A DNA stretch of 64,000 bases from IMG/VR virus record IMGVR_UViG_3300044731_002337, positions 230,774-294,773 of that record, one strand, 5' to 3'. How positions within the stretch are numbered: the first letter of the stretch is position 1; every line of letters begins with the position of its first letter. A program made the position numbers and the translations under genes. Below the pieces are notes generated by a model. It was given only the letters and a program-made list of their open reading frames with translations. It had not been told where the DNA came from and did not search any database. Shown in pieces: positions 18,701 through 28,482 of the stretch.

Positions 18701-21127
18701 TAAGGCGCGTTCAAGCTTCAATAATGATTCAGGGGTTAATTGGTATGTATCTTTATTGATGTAGTCGTCCCATTTGTGATCACGAACGAGTGGGAGGCGA
18801 TTTTGTGGTTCTCTATGGAGTAAGTTTACGATCCAAAATAAGTCATTAGGGTCATTGTTCATAATGGTGGCAGAGACAGGGAAAAACCGGAAATCAATAT
18901 CTTGACCGGCAAAGATAGTGCTATTGTTGGTGAGTCTTTGCTGATATGCCTGGTAAAGGACATAGGCTAACAAGTCACGCCCACGTATCTTATCATCATC
19001 AATAAAACGGTATTTGATGTAATCGGGACCGTAAATATCCTGTTGTGTGAAACCTGGATGTTCAAAGATTTCGTGCCATGGACTTTTATCGCTTCGACTT
19101 AGGATGTTGTGTGCCTCATCAATGACAAGACATAGTTTACCTGTAATCTTTTTGGCCTTGGTTTGGGCAGCTTGTGTAATGTGTCGATTGGGGAGTTTTA
19201 ATTTGGCGGCTAGAGCATTCACGATTTCCTTGTATACACTGGTATCCGTCTTGGTTAAGCCAATGCCATATGTTTTCTTCAAATCTGCAAATACATTCTG
19301 ATTGTTAGCGTCGGTCATACGTGCAATTTCCTTGTCACGTAACTGGTTGGCTTCTTCTTCCGTTTTACCGTTACTGAGGGCATTGGTACGAACTAGGTCT
19401 AGCTTTTTGCGAGCAGCAACAGAGCACATATCTTTGATGTAGCCTTCCCAGAGTTGAGTGCGTGATTGGGAGTTGGGGGTGACCCAGATAAGTTCGTATT
19501 GATGGTGTTGGAAATTGTTGCTGATGAGATTGGTGACTTTACATGTTTTGCCGGCGCCAGTGGAATCCATGATGAGTAAGCCAGCCGATTCAGAGGTGCG
19601 ATCATATTGGTTGATGACTTCATATTGATGAGGTTCGAATTTAAACCATTTACCTTCCCATGAACATTTCATTTCGGTAAGATTTTTAGAATCAATGGCT
19701 TCTTTAGGTTTCACAAAATCAATATCTGCCTCCTTCTTATCATATCCAAAGGCTTGGTCGATCACATAGTTGGTATCGTGGTATTCCAACTTATAAATGG
19801 CAAATACCCAAGATGGAGATTTACGATCATGTTTCTCATAAGGAATAATGCTTCGACTAAGTTTAGGTTTCAATCGAGCAAATTGAGTTTCATCCATGAT
19901 TACTGCGACTTGGCCGGTATTGTCATCAATCGCTACGTATTTGGCCCGGGCATGTCTAGCCATAGCAACACCCCTTTTGAATCGTTCCACATTTGATAAG
20001 CCCCGTAGTTCCATACGATCCGCATATTTTTCAATCGATATGGTAGAGCGAATTTGGCCACCCAAGTAGTAGTGAAATTCGGTAGCGTGAGGTAAATGTG
20101 CTAATGCATTATCTGCTTTTGCCTTGACATGAAATACTTGGGCATCTGAAACGTTGATGTAGCTATCCGTTTCATATAATCGGTTTTGAAAATACAATAA
20201 TGGTTCAGCGAAATACCCTTGAAATATCTCGTGTTGCGAGTTGGTAAATACTTCAGCGGGTGCAAAATGTTTTAAAGCTGGGTTTTGTTTGGGTTGTGCA
20301 ATGGCGTGAGCTTTGGCAAGTTCTTCGTCTGTGGGAATTTCCATGAGTGGGCCGGGAAGAGGTAATGGTCGTAAAGGTGCTGGTGGTGGTGGTATAGCTT
20401 GTGATGCCGCCTCATTAGGTAAAGGTACCGATTTAGGTCCAAACAACTTTGCAAAAAATCCACGACCCTTCTTCTTCTTTTGACCTAATGTATCTGATTT
20501 CGGTCGAACTGCATTCATCTGTGGAGAAGGTATCACTTCTGTCTTGGGTAATACATTAGGTTTCACGGCTGGTAAAGGCGAAGGTATTACTTCTGTTTTG
20601 GGCAATACATTAGGCTTCACGGATGGTAAAGGAGTTTCTGCTTTGGTGACTGAGGAATAAGATACAAGCTTAGGTTGCTGTGGTGGTGGTGGTGGATTCT
20701 CTAATTGAGTTGATGAGGAGGAATAAGCTACAAGTTTAGTTGGTTTTTGTGGTGGTGGATTTTCTAATTGGGTTGATGAGGAGGAATAAGATACAAGTTT
20801 AGGTTGCTGCGGTGGTTTTTGTTGTGGTGGATTTTCTAATTGGGTTGATGAGGAAACAGAAGATGCATAAGGAACAAGTTTATTTAATGGAGCTTGGGGA
20901 ATAGGCAAGGTAGGATTTGTTGGAGCCATTGTTTGCATTTTGTTGAGTTGGGGACCTTTAGTTCTTCTTCCTTCTTCTTCTTCTCTTTCTAATGGTGGGG
21001 TTATTACTTCATTGGATGGTAAAGGTAAAGGTGCTACAGGTGGTTGTGGTGGTGGTCGTGGTGGTTTTGTGGTCACCTTGGGTTTCATTCCAGCCAGTAA
21101 TTGGGGTTTATAATTTTGTTGCAACAT
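15731..21127 (-). CDS. giant multidomain SF2 helicase (D6/D11-like) with Pro-rich N-terminus, Tudor-like and peptidase-like C-terminal domains
   Basis: GLLIMDSTGAGKT, LVIDEAHN, VSAT, REGIDLYDV, EQTSSRIARMC. Confidence 0.8.
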   Translation of the reverse strand: MLQQNYKPQLLAGMKPKVTTKPPRPPPQPPVAPLPLPSNEVITPPLEREEEEGRRTKGPQLNKMQTMAPTNPTLPIPQAPLNKLVPYASSVSSSTQLENPPQQKPPQQPKLVSYSSSSTQLENPPPQKPTKLVAYSSSSTQLENPPPPPQQPKLVSYSSVTKAETPLPSVKPNVLPKTEVIPSPLPAVKPNVLPKTEVIPSPQMNAVRPKSDTLGQKKKKGRGFFAKLFGPKSVPLPNEAASQAIPPPPAPLRPLPLPGPLMEIPTDEELAKAHAIAQPKQNPALKHFAPAEVFTNSQHEIFQGYFAEPLLYFQNRLYETDSYINVSDAQVFHVKAKADNALAHLPHATEFHYYLGGQIRSTISIEKYADRMELRGLSNVERFKRGVAMARHARAKYVAIDDNTGQVAVIMDETQFARLKPKLSRSIIPYEKHDRKSPSWVFAIYKLEYHDTNYVIDQAFGYDKKEADIDFVKPKEAIDSKNLTEMKCSWEGKWFKFEPHQYEVINQYDRTSESAGLLIMDSTGAGKTCKVTNLISNNFQHHQYELIWVTPNSQSRTQLWEGYIKDMCSVAARKKLDLVRTNALSNGKTEEEANQLRDKEIARMTDANNQNVFADLKKTYGIGLTKTDTSVYKEIVNALAAKLKLPNRHITQAAQTKAKKITGKLCLVIDEAHNILSRSDKSPWHEIFEHPGFTQQDIYGPDYIKYRFIDDDKIRGRDLLAYVLYQAYQQRLTNNSTIFAGQDIDFRFFPVSATIMNNDPNDLFWIVNLLHREPQNRLPLVRDHKWDDYINKDTYQLTPESLLKLERALDHNTTYAPANKDPTKFAQKVISEVISVPLFQIHYQQILHHVKTLQAQGVDHEDIYQRFFQLSMMYDSSNHLPHQDVIERWYAEFSRTRFDATPESIKRLRETIYSQYKTDTQITNEEILHRKDSLDFFNYDGVTRTYSKKTDEQLTKQLRQGIVNPFQLTHEEMGLALHQPPLLLDEPPIAHAKNYKLQTRKNNKNVDLKQSVPKPKPERKPRKNKKQQVPEDEVEDEVIVTKPKPERKPRKNKKQQVQEEVEGEVPAKPKKGGAGRKKQEVKDGVVYGEANIIGKRADNITNRPNYDVPKQHWIEMFCPVVYQFMTHIRKEHQKNPNQKYSLTCNTTSDAAKDLYGSEMIVWALHCFPEWFQDMTNDLSASPDPTKISFVYISSLQKDPAPKNNNKKAAPAAAPKNKKNRKAAAIQEEQEEEENEAPEDPRAKGIRDNFNDTKLNPHGERIKLFIYDANNREGIDLYDVPILYMIEPCRTRTEFEQTSSRIARMCKSKNQKFYHGFGAMTRIVLLCSTSSDGQFIFEKVHRETLHLERCKGENLCRVVFNIAKRNAVDYEGNKHLDRNNIQIPFKVHRRINRHNVIYYEGMAFPMKPEDSFPVLVPHKAVVPAFNVNDVIGDQGNQAVILSKDVQNDTYKIKWHATNKEEVISSDLILLHEGSNGAFRYYDTADTVAGMFDISSMSSVFSGIDRQILEFNQTEMQIKREYTPKELQTICDTMKRLHEGFSGNNQFMLITLYSILRTLLDKVHSVDVAIPTNNLEFFMVWNGTSLGHRHEQFIAHMKSSTKQFCIAFLKVSSASTYAKHTNILIYEPQTKKLYRVDLLGKLGMDIFSNDALDAALSTAFGEGITVEWINGSKIEGDQLLEARNVITCPKFNLSPLLLSFYTIYFITFKLQGKPISALPNAIMRDLNNPQKPLLTLRFVELATRLQEYQDYIKTQPFYEQDQPMWYNTVRAIKALLNTSPPPPPPPVIPQPSRPKTPFPK
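17950..18095 (-). repeat. in-frame duplication KPKPERKPRKNKKQQV x2
   Basis: Two near-identical copies of ttgttgtttcttattctttctNggtttcctttctggtttgggtttag. Confidence 0.9.
20525..20880 (-). repeat. in-frame repeats (VKPNVLPKTEVIPSP x2; KLVxY..SSSTQLENPP x3)
   Basis: Visible tandem peptide and DNA repeats in the helicase N-terminus. Confidence 0.85.
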
Positions 21128-21153
21128 CTTTCCTTCCTTTTTTTGTTTTTTTT

Positions 21154-21483
21154 CTACAAGTGTTGTGATTTTTTTAGTCTAAAACTTTTGAGTAAAGCAT
21201 CGGATATTGGGGGAGATGGATTTACTAATGAAAAGTATTTGGATACTTTACTCTTTTCCACATTTCGAATAATATTTTCAATTTGTGTTTTTTCAGCATG
21301 ACATGTACCACATAAAGGTACTAGATTATCAATATGATTAGATCCTCCATCACTCAATGGAATATGATGATCAACATGAAAACTGGGCTTTAACATTTCA
21401 TGACATTCAAAACAGGTCCACTTACATTTGTAAGCAATACGTAATCGCATCGCTGGACTAGGTTTATGACGCTTTTGAGACAT
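21154..21483 (-). CDS. HNH endonuclease
   Basis: CFEC...HVDHHIPLSDGGSNHIDNLVPLCGTCHAEKT. Confidence 0.92.
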   Translation of the reverse strand: MSQKRHKPSPAMRLRIAYKCKWTCFECHEMLKPSFHVDHHIPLSDGGSNHIDNLVPLCGTCHAEKTQIENIIRNVEKSKVSKYFSLVNPSPPISDALLKSFRLKKSQHL

Positions 21484-21537
21484 GTTCTTGTATTAATGTT
21501 TTTTTTTTTTGATTTCTTCTTTCTTTAAGAAGGGGAA

Positions 21538-22650
21538 TTAGGGATCGGAGGATGGAGAAGGTAAAAAAGCATCTACATGAAGATATTGCCCTCGAACTTC
21601 TCCTACCAAATACGAGAGAATAAGAATACCAATAGCAATAAGTAGCGCAATACCTGCATATACTATATATCGAGTAGCCACACCAATTGTATCAATCACT
21701 ACAGCAATAGGTTGAAACACCATATTACCTAATGAATCAAGTGTGATTTGTTTATCGAGTACGTCAGAGATGGCATTGATGAGGGTATCGCTAAGTATTT
21801 GGGTGGCGATGGAGCTCTCAGTGACTTGTTTGGTGATGGAGTTGTAGACGCTTTCTTGGGTGATGCCGTTAATAATACCATCAGACATGCGTAGAGTGAT
21901 CATTTGGTTATTTTGAATGTTGGAAAGTAATTGGGAGAGAAAAGTTTGGTTTACGACTTGAGTGGTACGGCTGACTACATCTTGAACAATTTTATTTACC
22001 GGGTTTTTACCACCCACAGCTTCAGCTACTACATTGAGAATGTCTGTATTTTCAGTAAGAAACTGTTTTAGAGTTGCTGAAAAGTCTTCGACAAACTGAT
22101 TACTATTGGTGATTTCAGAGATGCAGTCTACCGTAATCGCATGTTCAGAACTTCCCAAGATGGTCGACTGAGTGGTATTACTCAACACGCAGGCTTTACA
22201 ATGGCGTAATCCACAAAGATTTAAACGGGTTACAAGTGCTTCGTATTCATCCGTAATGGAAAGTTTAATAGTTGGATCCTTGTATAATAAATTTCGTTGC
22301 ATTTGATGTTGTTGTAAAATGCCTGCAAAATTGTCTTCGTAGCATTGGCGACATACAGGGTTGGCTTCATATACACTTGTTGTATTATTGGGGTAACATC
22401 CAATCGATATAAGTTGTCGACTCGATACTTGATTGGAACAGTTTTGAACACCTTTAAAAATGGAATAGGATATCACTTGATGAAAAGTATTGACAATGGC
22501 GACTTTCTCAGTTCGACAATTGTTTTTAGGTACTTTAGGGGTTTTTATACCAAATCCAGCATTCAGTCCTAACGAAACAGGATTAAAGGTAGCTGCCATA
22601 TTAACTCCAGTGATAAGACCACCAAGTAGTGAAGAACAATTACCACCCAT
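21538..22650 (-). CDS. myristoylated L1/F9-like virion membrane protein
   Basis: MGGNCS (MGxxxS), conserved Cys pattern, C-terminal TM; paralog of 28483-29562. Confidence 0.7.
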   Translation of the reverse strand: MGGNCSSLLGGLITGVNMAATFNPVSLGLNAGFGIKTPKVPKNNCRTEKVAIVNTFHQVISYSIFKGVQNCSNQVSSRQLISIGCYPNNTTSVYEANPVCRQCYEDNFAGILQQHQMQRNLLYKDPTIKLSITDEYEALVTRLNLCGLRHCKACVLSNTTQSTILGSSEHAITVDCISEITNSNQFVEDFSATLKQFLTENTDILNVVAEAVGGKNPVNKIVQDVVSRTTQVVNQTFLSQLLSNIQNNQMITLRMSDGIINGITQESVYNSITKQVTESSIATQILSDTLINAISDVLDKQITLDSLGNMVFQPIAVVIDTIGVATRYIVYAGIALLIAIGILILSYLVGEVRGQYLHVDAFLPSPSSDP

Positions 22651-22705
22651 AATAAGGTTTTTTTTTTGGAGTGGGAATAGTAAAAAAAAATAAAGCAGAG
22701 GAGGG

Positions 22706-23353
22706 ATGAGTCGATTGAGTGAACGTATTTATTTCAATATTTTAAAGTCGGTGTATATAATTTCTACGCATGGTAAGATCCCTAGTAAATTGAATAAGCA
22801 TGGATATGAGCCGGATAATTTGGTGGAAGGTAGTCAAAAATATCTGTACAACAAGTTAAAAGCTGGTGATTTACCACAGACCATTTGTGATTTTATTCGA
22901 AAATATTATAATCCAGAGGTTCAAGTATCAAAGAGAAGACGAAAGCGTCGTGTAGTAGTTCCTCCAGCTCCAGTTCCAGCGGTGGTTGTTGCGGGAGTAC
23001 TTCCTGCAGCGGTAGTGGCTCATGATGAAGAATGGAAGAATTATGTGATGCGTATTGGTCGTGGTCGTTCCTATTATATGAGTCAAGATCCGGCGTTAGT
23101 AGGGGGGATCAAAGAGTTTGTGGGTCGTAAAGCAGCTTGGTTTCGGTTAGAGCGAAATAGGATACAAGGAAAAGATTTGGCCAGAATTTATCGTGTTGAT
23201 CCAGCGAAGAAAGTGGAGATACGAAAGGCGATACATGACAATCAATTGGAAGTGGAGCAGAATTGGAAGGAGTTATTTTATTTGTATTGTGTGGTGACTA
23301 ATGATCGACGTGGAATTGCGAGTTACGGAAAGTTTATTAGGGGGTCAAAATGA
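22706..23353 (+). CDS. hypothetical basic protein with NLS-like KRRRKRR
   Basis: ORF follows an A-tract; no family recognised. Confidence 0.65.
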   Translation: MSRLSERIYFNILKSVYIISTHGKIPSKLNKHGYEPDNLVEGSQKYLYNKLKAGDLPQTICDFIRKYYNPEVQVSKRRRKRRVVVPPAPVPAVVVAGVLPAAVVAHDEEWKNYVMRIGRGRSYYMSQDPALVGGIKEFVGRKAAWFRLERNRIQGKDLARIYRVDPAKKVEIRKAIHDNQLEVEQNWKELFYLYCVVTNDRRGIASYGKFIRGSK

Positions 23354-23374
23354 ATCCAAATAAAAAATGAGGAA

Positions 23375-23989
23375 TTATGGCATGGCAGTAGTGGTTTGAT
23401 AAATGACATGTCCTGAGAAGATGAGTGGAGATGTAGTGATTGTAGTGGAAGGTGTAACAATTTGACATGTCATGGTATCGCACCATTGAGTATTGGGGAG
23501 TGTAGCGAATAGACGAACACTTACTGTAGGAACACCAGAGATATCACATGATCCAATTAAGGGGGTCATATGTGGGGCATAGATGCGTACGGGTAGAGTC
23601 ACATTGAATGTAATGGACGTAACATTTGTGAGGGGGGCATCTCGACATGTGATGATGAATAAAAACCGTAGATCGATGAATTCACCATAAGGTTTACCTA
23701 AGAATTGGGAGTTAGTGGTATCAATCGCGATATTGGAGATAGGGGCAGCATTGACTAATAAATTAAAGGTTGTATTTGTGATGGATGAATATTGCCAAAT
23801 TTCTTCTGTTTGTTGTAAGTCTATCGCTTGAATGATGGGGGAGTTGCGTAACGCGAGCATCACCTCTGCTTGAATATGATCATTGATGCTGGGGAATGTA
23901 TTAGGGAACCCTATGAGGATTACGCACAAGGTAGCAGCTCCCAAGGCAATAAATAGTGTAAAGAGTAGGAGTGAAGTTTGCCACTTCAT
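23375..23989 (-). CDS. type II membrane protein with beta-sandwich (RBP-head-like) C-terminus
   Basis: N-terminal TM; KPYGEFIDLRF...NVTLPV...FSGHVIYQT pattern shared with 57301-58020. Confidence 0.55.
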   Translation of the reverse strand: MKWQTSLLLFTLFIALGAATLCVILIGFPNTFPSINDHIQAEVMLALRNSPIIQAIDLQQTEEIWQYSSITNTTFNLLVNAAPISNIAIDTTNSQFLGKPYGEFIDLRFLFIITCRDAPLTNVTSITFNVTLPVRIYAPHMTPLIGSCDISGVPTVSVRLFATLPNTQWCDTMTCQIVTPSTTITTSPLIFSGHVIYQTTTAMP

Positions 23990-25959
23990 GATGTTTTTTT
24001 ATCTTGATAGTGTCGAAATTGTAATTTTTCAAGTTTTAGTCGATGTTGTCTTCTCATGTACCAATAAACTAATAAGGCAAAAATAGCAATACCCATAGCA
24101 ATAAAGGAAGTGATGCCTAACAATGTCATATCCCACATACCAGGTCCAGTACTGACTTGAGGTGCATTTTTGGTGATGGAAATGGATCCTGAATTTGGTT
24201 TCACACTTAAAATGGTACTATTGGTATTCGTTTGACTGGTACATATGACATTGGAAGTACTATTTAGATTAATAGCTGATCCATCAATATCAATCTTTTG
24301 TTCGCATACATTTTGGTTACATCGAAGTTCTTTTTGTAGTCTAGTTTTGTAGACATTGGATCGTGCATCATTACAAGAGTTGATTAAGCAATGGAGAGAG
24401 AGTGCGGTGGAATCTTGAAACATGTCTTGTAGCGCTTGGGCTTGAGTTACACAGGTACAAGCAGTCTTCAATCGATCATCAATATTCCTTTTGCAATACG
24501 AAATCATATGTTCATCACATAATGGTGATCCATGATAGTAGGCTTTAAGAGAGATATTGTCAATAGTAACATCCCACATTCCAGCACATAGCATGGCTTT
24601 TTCATAGTCCCATCCAAAGTTGTGGTTTTTGAATGCGATGTTGACTTCAGCGATGGTTCCTTCAATGCGCCAGGGTTTAGGGCAGGAGCAGCCTTCGATA
24701 CCGGGGTGTGTATCGTGGACGGCGGCGAATATGGTAGTGCGAAACATGATGTGGGCTAAATAATGATATAGACTATTTGGTACACAATCACATGGACTTG
24801 TTGTACTTATGGTTGCGGGATCTTCAACATTTTGACCAAGACCTGCACATTCATTGAGAGCTGTTCTAGGGTCATTAATATCTTGTATATTATAAGTGAG
24901 TTTAGGGTAAGGATCGACCCATTTACCTCGACGATAGATAGCACACACACGATCAAAAAGGTAGTCAGCTCCACCAGGTGTAGTACCGTTTGTGGCGTTT
25001 TGCCAGTCACTATAGAGCATCAAGTCACCTACAAAATTTCGACTACCCCAAGGATTACTATTAATGGTATCACCCCAGATCAAAGTAGTGCCGGGTGTAT
25101 AATTGTTAGAGTTGGATGGTCCATTCATGAAGTAGCTGTCTAATTGTTGGTAACGATCACCTGTAGTGCTTGTGCAAATAGTAAGGGGATTCAAGTTTTG
25201 AGTAAAATCTTTTTTCAATGCATCTGTACTATATTTCAAGAGTTGAGAGAGGGCGCCTTGAGCTGGAGTGAGCGCTTTTCTTCCCGTACTATTGTATTCA
25301 TTCACCATGTAACCTGTTTGTCTATAATATTTATTGTTATCGCTATACATTTTGGTCATTTCATCGCATCGACGGCCATTTTGGTAATAGATGCTCACTG
25401 AAGGTAAAAAGGGGGAGCCACAAGAGACAATACTCCGGTTCATTTTCGATTTGAATTGGTAGAGAGAGTCAACATTACCTGCTGCAATAGTGGAAGGATC
25501 ATTGTTTATGGTATTCGTACGACCAAACTCTGTACTATCATAATCAGAACATGCACTAATACCATCTGAGAAATGATTCCATACTAATGGTTTATCATTT
25601 AGATTAGAATAGACGCCTCCTTCTACCCATACTTGACCACGTTCAGTTACTCGTGTAGCTATATCCTCATCCCATTTCGCTTTGAACCCTACTTTCATGT
25701 TTGAAGGAATAATCATACTTTGGATCAAGGGTAAAGGGCAGTTTTGGGTGTCTGCCCATTGATTATTGGAGCACCAAATTGACTTGGGATTGAAATAACC
25801 CATTCCCACATGACGTGTTGTAGGCGTCCATTGTGACCCATTTCCAGGGCAATCTACATCACGAAAGAATTGGGGTAAAGTAGGAACACCTTGTTCATAA
25901 GAAAGAATCATGGGTAGAATGGAGCGTTGACATGGTGATGGTTTCGTATCTTTAGACAT
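23986..25959 (-). CDS. poxvirus A16/G9/J5-like Cys-rich membrane protein (large)
   Basis: CDEHMISYC...ACTCV...HCLINSC...YKT...CNQNVCEQKIDI...VICT plus C-terminal TM. Confidence 0.72.
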   Translation of the reverse strand: MSKDTKPSPCQRSILPMILSYEQGVPTLPQFFRDVDCPGNGSQWTPTTRHVGMGYFNPKSIWCSNNQWADTQNCPLPLIQSMIIPSNMKVGFKAKWDEDIATRVTERGQVWVEGGVYSNLNDKPLVWNHFSDGISACSDYDSTEFGRTNTINNDPSTIAAGNVDSLYQFKSKMNRSIVSCGSPFLPSVSIYYQNGRRCDEMTKMYSDNNKYYRQTGYMVNEYNSTGRKALTPAQGALSQLLKYSTDALKKDFTQNLNPLTICTSTTGDRYQQLDSYFMNGPSNSNNYTPGTTLIWGDTINSNPWGSRNFVGDLMLYSDWQNATNGTTPGGADYLFDRVCAIYRRGKWVDPYPKLTYNIQDINDPRTALNECAGLGQNVEDPATISTTSPCDCVPNSLYHYLAHIMFRTTIFAAVHDTHPGIEGCSCPKPWRIEGTIAEVNIAFKNHNFGWDYEKAMLCAGMWDVTIDNISLKAYYHGSPLCDEHMISYCKRNIDDRLKTACTCVTQAQALQDMFQDSTALSLHCLINSCNDARSNVYKTRLQKELRCNQNVCEQKIDIDGSAINLNSTSNVICTSQTNTNSTILSVKPNSGSISITKNAPQVSTGPGMWDMTLLGITSFIAMGIAIFALLVYWYMRRQHRLKLEKLQFRHYQDKKTS

Positions 25960-26012
25960 TTATTATGATATATTTTCTTTTTTGATTTCCTTTTTTTTTC
26001 TTCTAGTTTGGA

Positions 26013-26978
26013 TTATGACTTGATGATGGTAGGCGTGTGATCACAAGAGATAGCCAGCGTTTCCAATGAAGTGGTAGATTTCTTAAAGGTGAGACAATAT
26101 GCATCAGGAAGTAGAGGTGGTGGTGTATGATCAACAGCTGCTGATTTGGAGGGGGATAAATAGGGTTGAATATAAGATTGCCAAATAGAATCAAATATAG
26201 GTGTAGCGGACATGACCTGTGCTGATTCATGTAACCGGACACCTTCTATACTAGCATGTTTGGGTAGTAAGGTAGAATAGAAATGGGGTACAGGAATGGA
26301 GACAATAAAACGAATACGAAAGGGAATGTCGAGGGTTGTAGTGACTTTGGGTAGATGGTTGGTTAGATAATAGTTTGGAGCGGTAATAAGGGAGTGTTCT
26401 TCAAATGCTTTATCAAATAGTTCCATAGTAATAATATTTCGTGCTTTCATGCCCTTTTGCCAAATGTAATCGATGTAGTGTGAGGTGGATGATTTGGCGG
26501 TGGCTTGTTTTTGGTAAGGGTCCATGTTGGTGATGAGTTGGGAGGTAAGGGGAGCATAAGAGATGAGATATTCTGTTTCATGGATATAATAGAGATGAGT
26601 GGTTTGCATGAGGGGCATCCATACATGTTCAAAGAAATCAGTTGGAGTAGAGTGTTTTGTGAAATAGGGTTTACCTTTCCATGCTTGAAGTGTGAATTCA
26701 TATTCTCGTCGACCACAGATGAGTATGAGATGGTGTTTTAGTTTGAGTAAGAGTTTACAGATGAGTTCGAGGTCACGCCATATGATGGTTTTGGATTTCT
26801 TCTTGGGTAGCCAGTTACCTAGAATGACCAAGGTGGAAGTAGTGGGTTGAGGGATAAGTTGATGATGTCCTTCAGGGGTTCGAACAGCTTCAAACAAGTG
26901 ATTGATATCGATGAGTTGGGTAAGGAGAGTTTGATAATTTCCGTTACAATTGGAAAAACATAATAATGGGTTTTTCAT
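26013..26978 (-). CDS. calcineurin-like metallophosphoesterase fold, apparently inactive
   Basis: FSNCNGNY (GDxHG), VILGNWL (GDxxDRG), ICGRRE (GNHE), ISYAP (VHAG) in the correct order and spacing, metal ligands replaced. Confidence 0.55.
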   Translation of the reverse strand: MKNPLLCFSNCNGNYQTLLTQLIDINHLFEAVRTPEGHHQLIPQPTTSTLVILGNWLPKKKSKTIIWRDLELICKLLLKLKHHLILICGRREYEFTLQAWKGKPYFTKHSTPTDFFEHVWMPLMQTTHLYYIHETEYLISYAPLTSQLITNMDPYQKQATAKSSTSHYIDYIWQKGMKARNIITMELFDKAFEEHSLITAPNYYLTNHLPKVTTTLDIPFRIRFIVSIPVPHFYSTLLPKHASIEGVRLHESAQVMSATPIFDSIWQSYIQPYLSPSKSAAVDHTPPPLLPDAYCLTFKKSTTSLETLAISCDHTPTIIKS

Positions 26979-27820
26979 GTGGGCTGGATGTTTTCTTTTT
27001 TAGGAGGTAGTGGAATATGGTAACCTAGAGGTAGACATTCAATGTGAGATGGAACATGAAGTAGAAATTGTCTCAATTCATCTGGAGTATTATGGAAACA
27101 AAGTGGTAATTTATAACATTTATCCATATAGCATGACGTACATTCTGGTACAATATCAGCCTTGGATTTATCTCCTGTGAACATAATCTGGTATGGACCT
27201 CGACACAGTTCAGGTGGGAACAAAATAGGCAAGACACGTTTCATAGCGTGAGAAAGGGAAGGATGTAATGTAACGGTAAGTTGGTGTCGCATTGATTTCA
27301 ATAAAATTTCCAAACCAGTTCGATTGATGTAAATAGAAAGAGGCGTCGTTGAACTAAAGATACGTTGTTGTAACATGTGTTGCGATTGAGATAATGAGGG
27401 AATAGGCGTATAGGAATCATCATGTTTCTCAAACGAATCATCATAATAAAGGGTAGAACATACTAGAAAGGGTTGAAGAAAGGTAGAAATGGATGATGTA
27501 TCCCAAATTCGGAAATCACCTGTATATCCAGTGTAAATCTGGGTTGACTTATCATAGAGGATTATCCCTGTAGACCCAGCACAATGATGAGTAGGTATCA
27601 GTTGAATTGTATGCATAGGTGTTTCATAGTTTTGGAAATAAGCTAATGGAATGATACATAGTTTCTTATCAAAGGGTAGTAGTTGGTGGGTCATGGAAGA
27701 AGTAATAACAATACCACGAAATGATTTCTTAGGACCTTGAATGTGATCATGATGATGATGGGTAATAATAACAATGGTCTCTGTTGTAGAATGACGTGGA
27801 AAACGATCAATATGAATCAT
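26975..27820 (-). CDS. MBL/beta-CASP nuclease, SNM1/Apollo/Artemis-like
   Basis: IDRF, THHHHDHIQG, HHCAGS, YTGDFR, LYYDDSF, FHNTPDELRQF. Confidence 0.85.
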   Translation of the reverse strand: MIHIDRFPRHSTTETIVIITHHHHDHIQGPKKSFRGIVITSSMTHQLLPFDKKLCIIPLAYFQNYETPMHTIQLIPTHHCAGSTGIILYDKSTQIYTGYTGDFRIWDTSSISTFLQPFLVCSTLYYDDSFEKHDDSYTPIPSLSQSQHMLQQRIFSSTTPLSIYINRTGLEILLKSMRHQLTVTLHPSLSHAMKRVLPILFPPELCRGPYQIMFTGDKSKADIVPECTSCYMDKCYKLPLCFHNTPDELRQFLLHVPSHIECLPLGYHIPLPPKKENIQPT

Positions 27821-27841
27821 TAATTCTTGTTTTTTTTTATT

Positions 27842-28441
27842 TTAGCCTTTTTTAATAAGTTTTGTAATGGCTTGTTTGATATCTGGTGTAATAGGTTGAG
27901 TTGTTTCCAGATAACGTAAATAATGGTCAATGGTATCGAATAATGAAGGAACTGGACTTGGTGAGGCCGTCCTAGGGTTGAGAATGGAAGGGGAAACGGA
28001 TTTCGAATGTGGATGTGGTAAAGAAATGTCAACAAAACCTTGAGGTTGGTTCCGTGGTATAGGCAGTAAGCGCTCACATACTTGGCGTAAAGTTGGATCA
28101 GTAATCAGTGCTAAATATTCTGGGATACGATCACCTAAGAATTGTTGTACTAATGGATCTGGATTACGGATAACTATGTCTTCATGATCTCGAATTAGTT
28201 TTTTCGGTTTGGGAGGTTGTTTTTGTCTCGCCATATTACTAGATGATTCTGCATCTTCAGGATTAAAAGGTTGAATGGCTAATGAAGTACTGATCTCGGG
28301 TATGGATGGTGGTGGTAACATTGAGGATGATGGTTGAGAAATACGTAAAGAGGCAAACATGGAGTGAAAGGAATTACCCTTCATATGAAAATGTTGTTGA
28401 AAGAGTTTAGCCCATGTTTGTGTTGACTTAGACCATACCAT
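27842..28441 (-). CDS. hypothetical protein
   Basis: ORF flanked by minus-strand A-tracts. Confidence 0.6.
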   Translation of the reverse strand: MVWSKSTQTWAKLFQQHFHMKGNSFHSMFASLRISQPSSSMLPPPSIPEISTSLAIQPFNPEDAESSSNMARQKQPPKPKKLIRDHEDIVIRNPDPLVQQFLGDRIPEYLALITDPTLRQVCERLLPIPRNQPQGFVDISLPHPHSKSVSPSILNPRTASPSPVPSLFDTIDHYLRYLETTQPITPDIKQAITKLIKKG

Positions 28442-28482
28442 ATTTTGTTTGTTTTTTTTTTTGACTTTTTTTTTTCTTGTAT

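Noticed and set aside
21154-21483. HNH gene as an intron-encoded homing element
   Set aside because: Free-standing with its own A-tract leader; the flanking genes are intact and unrelated
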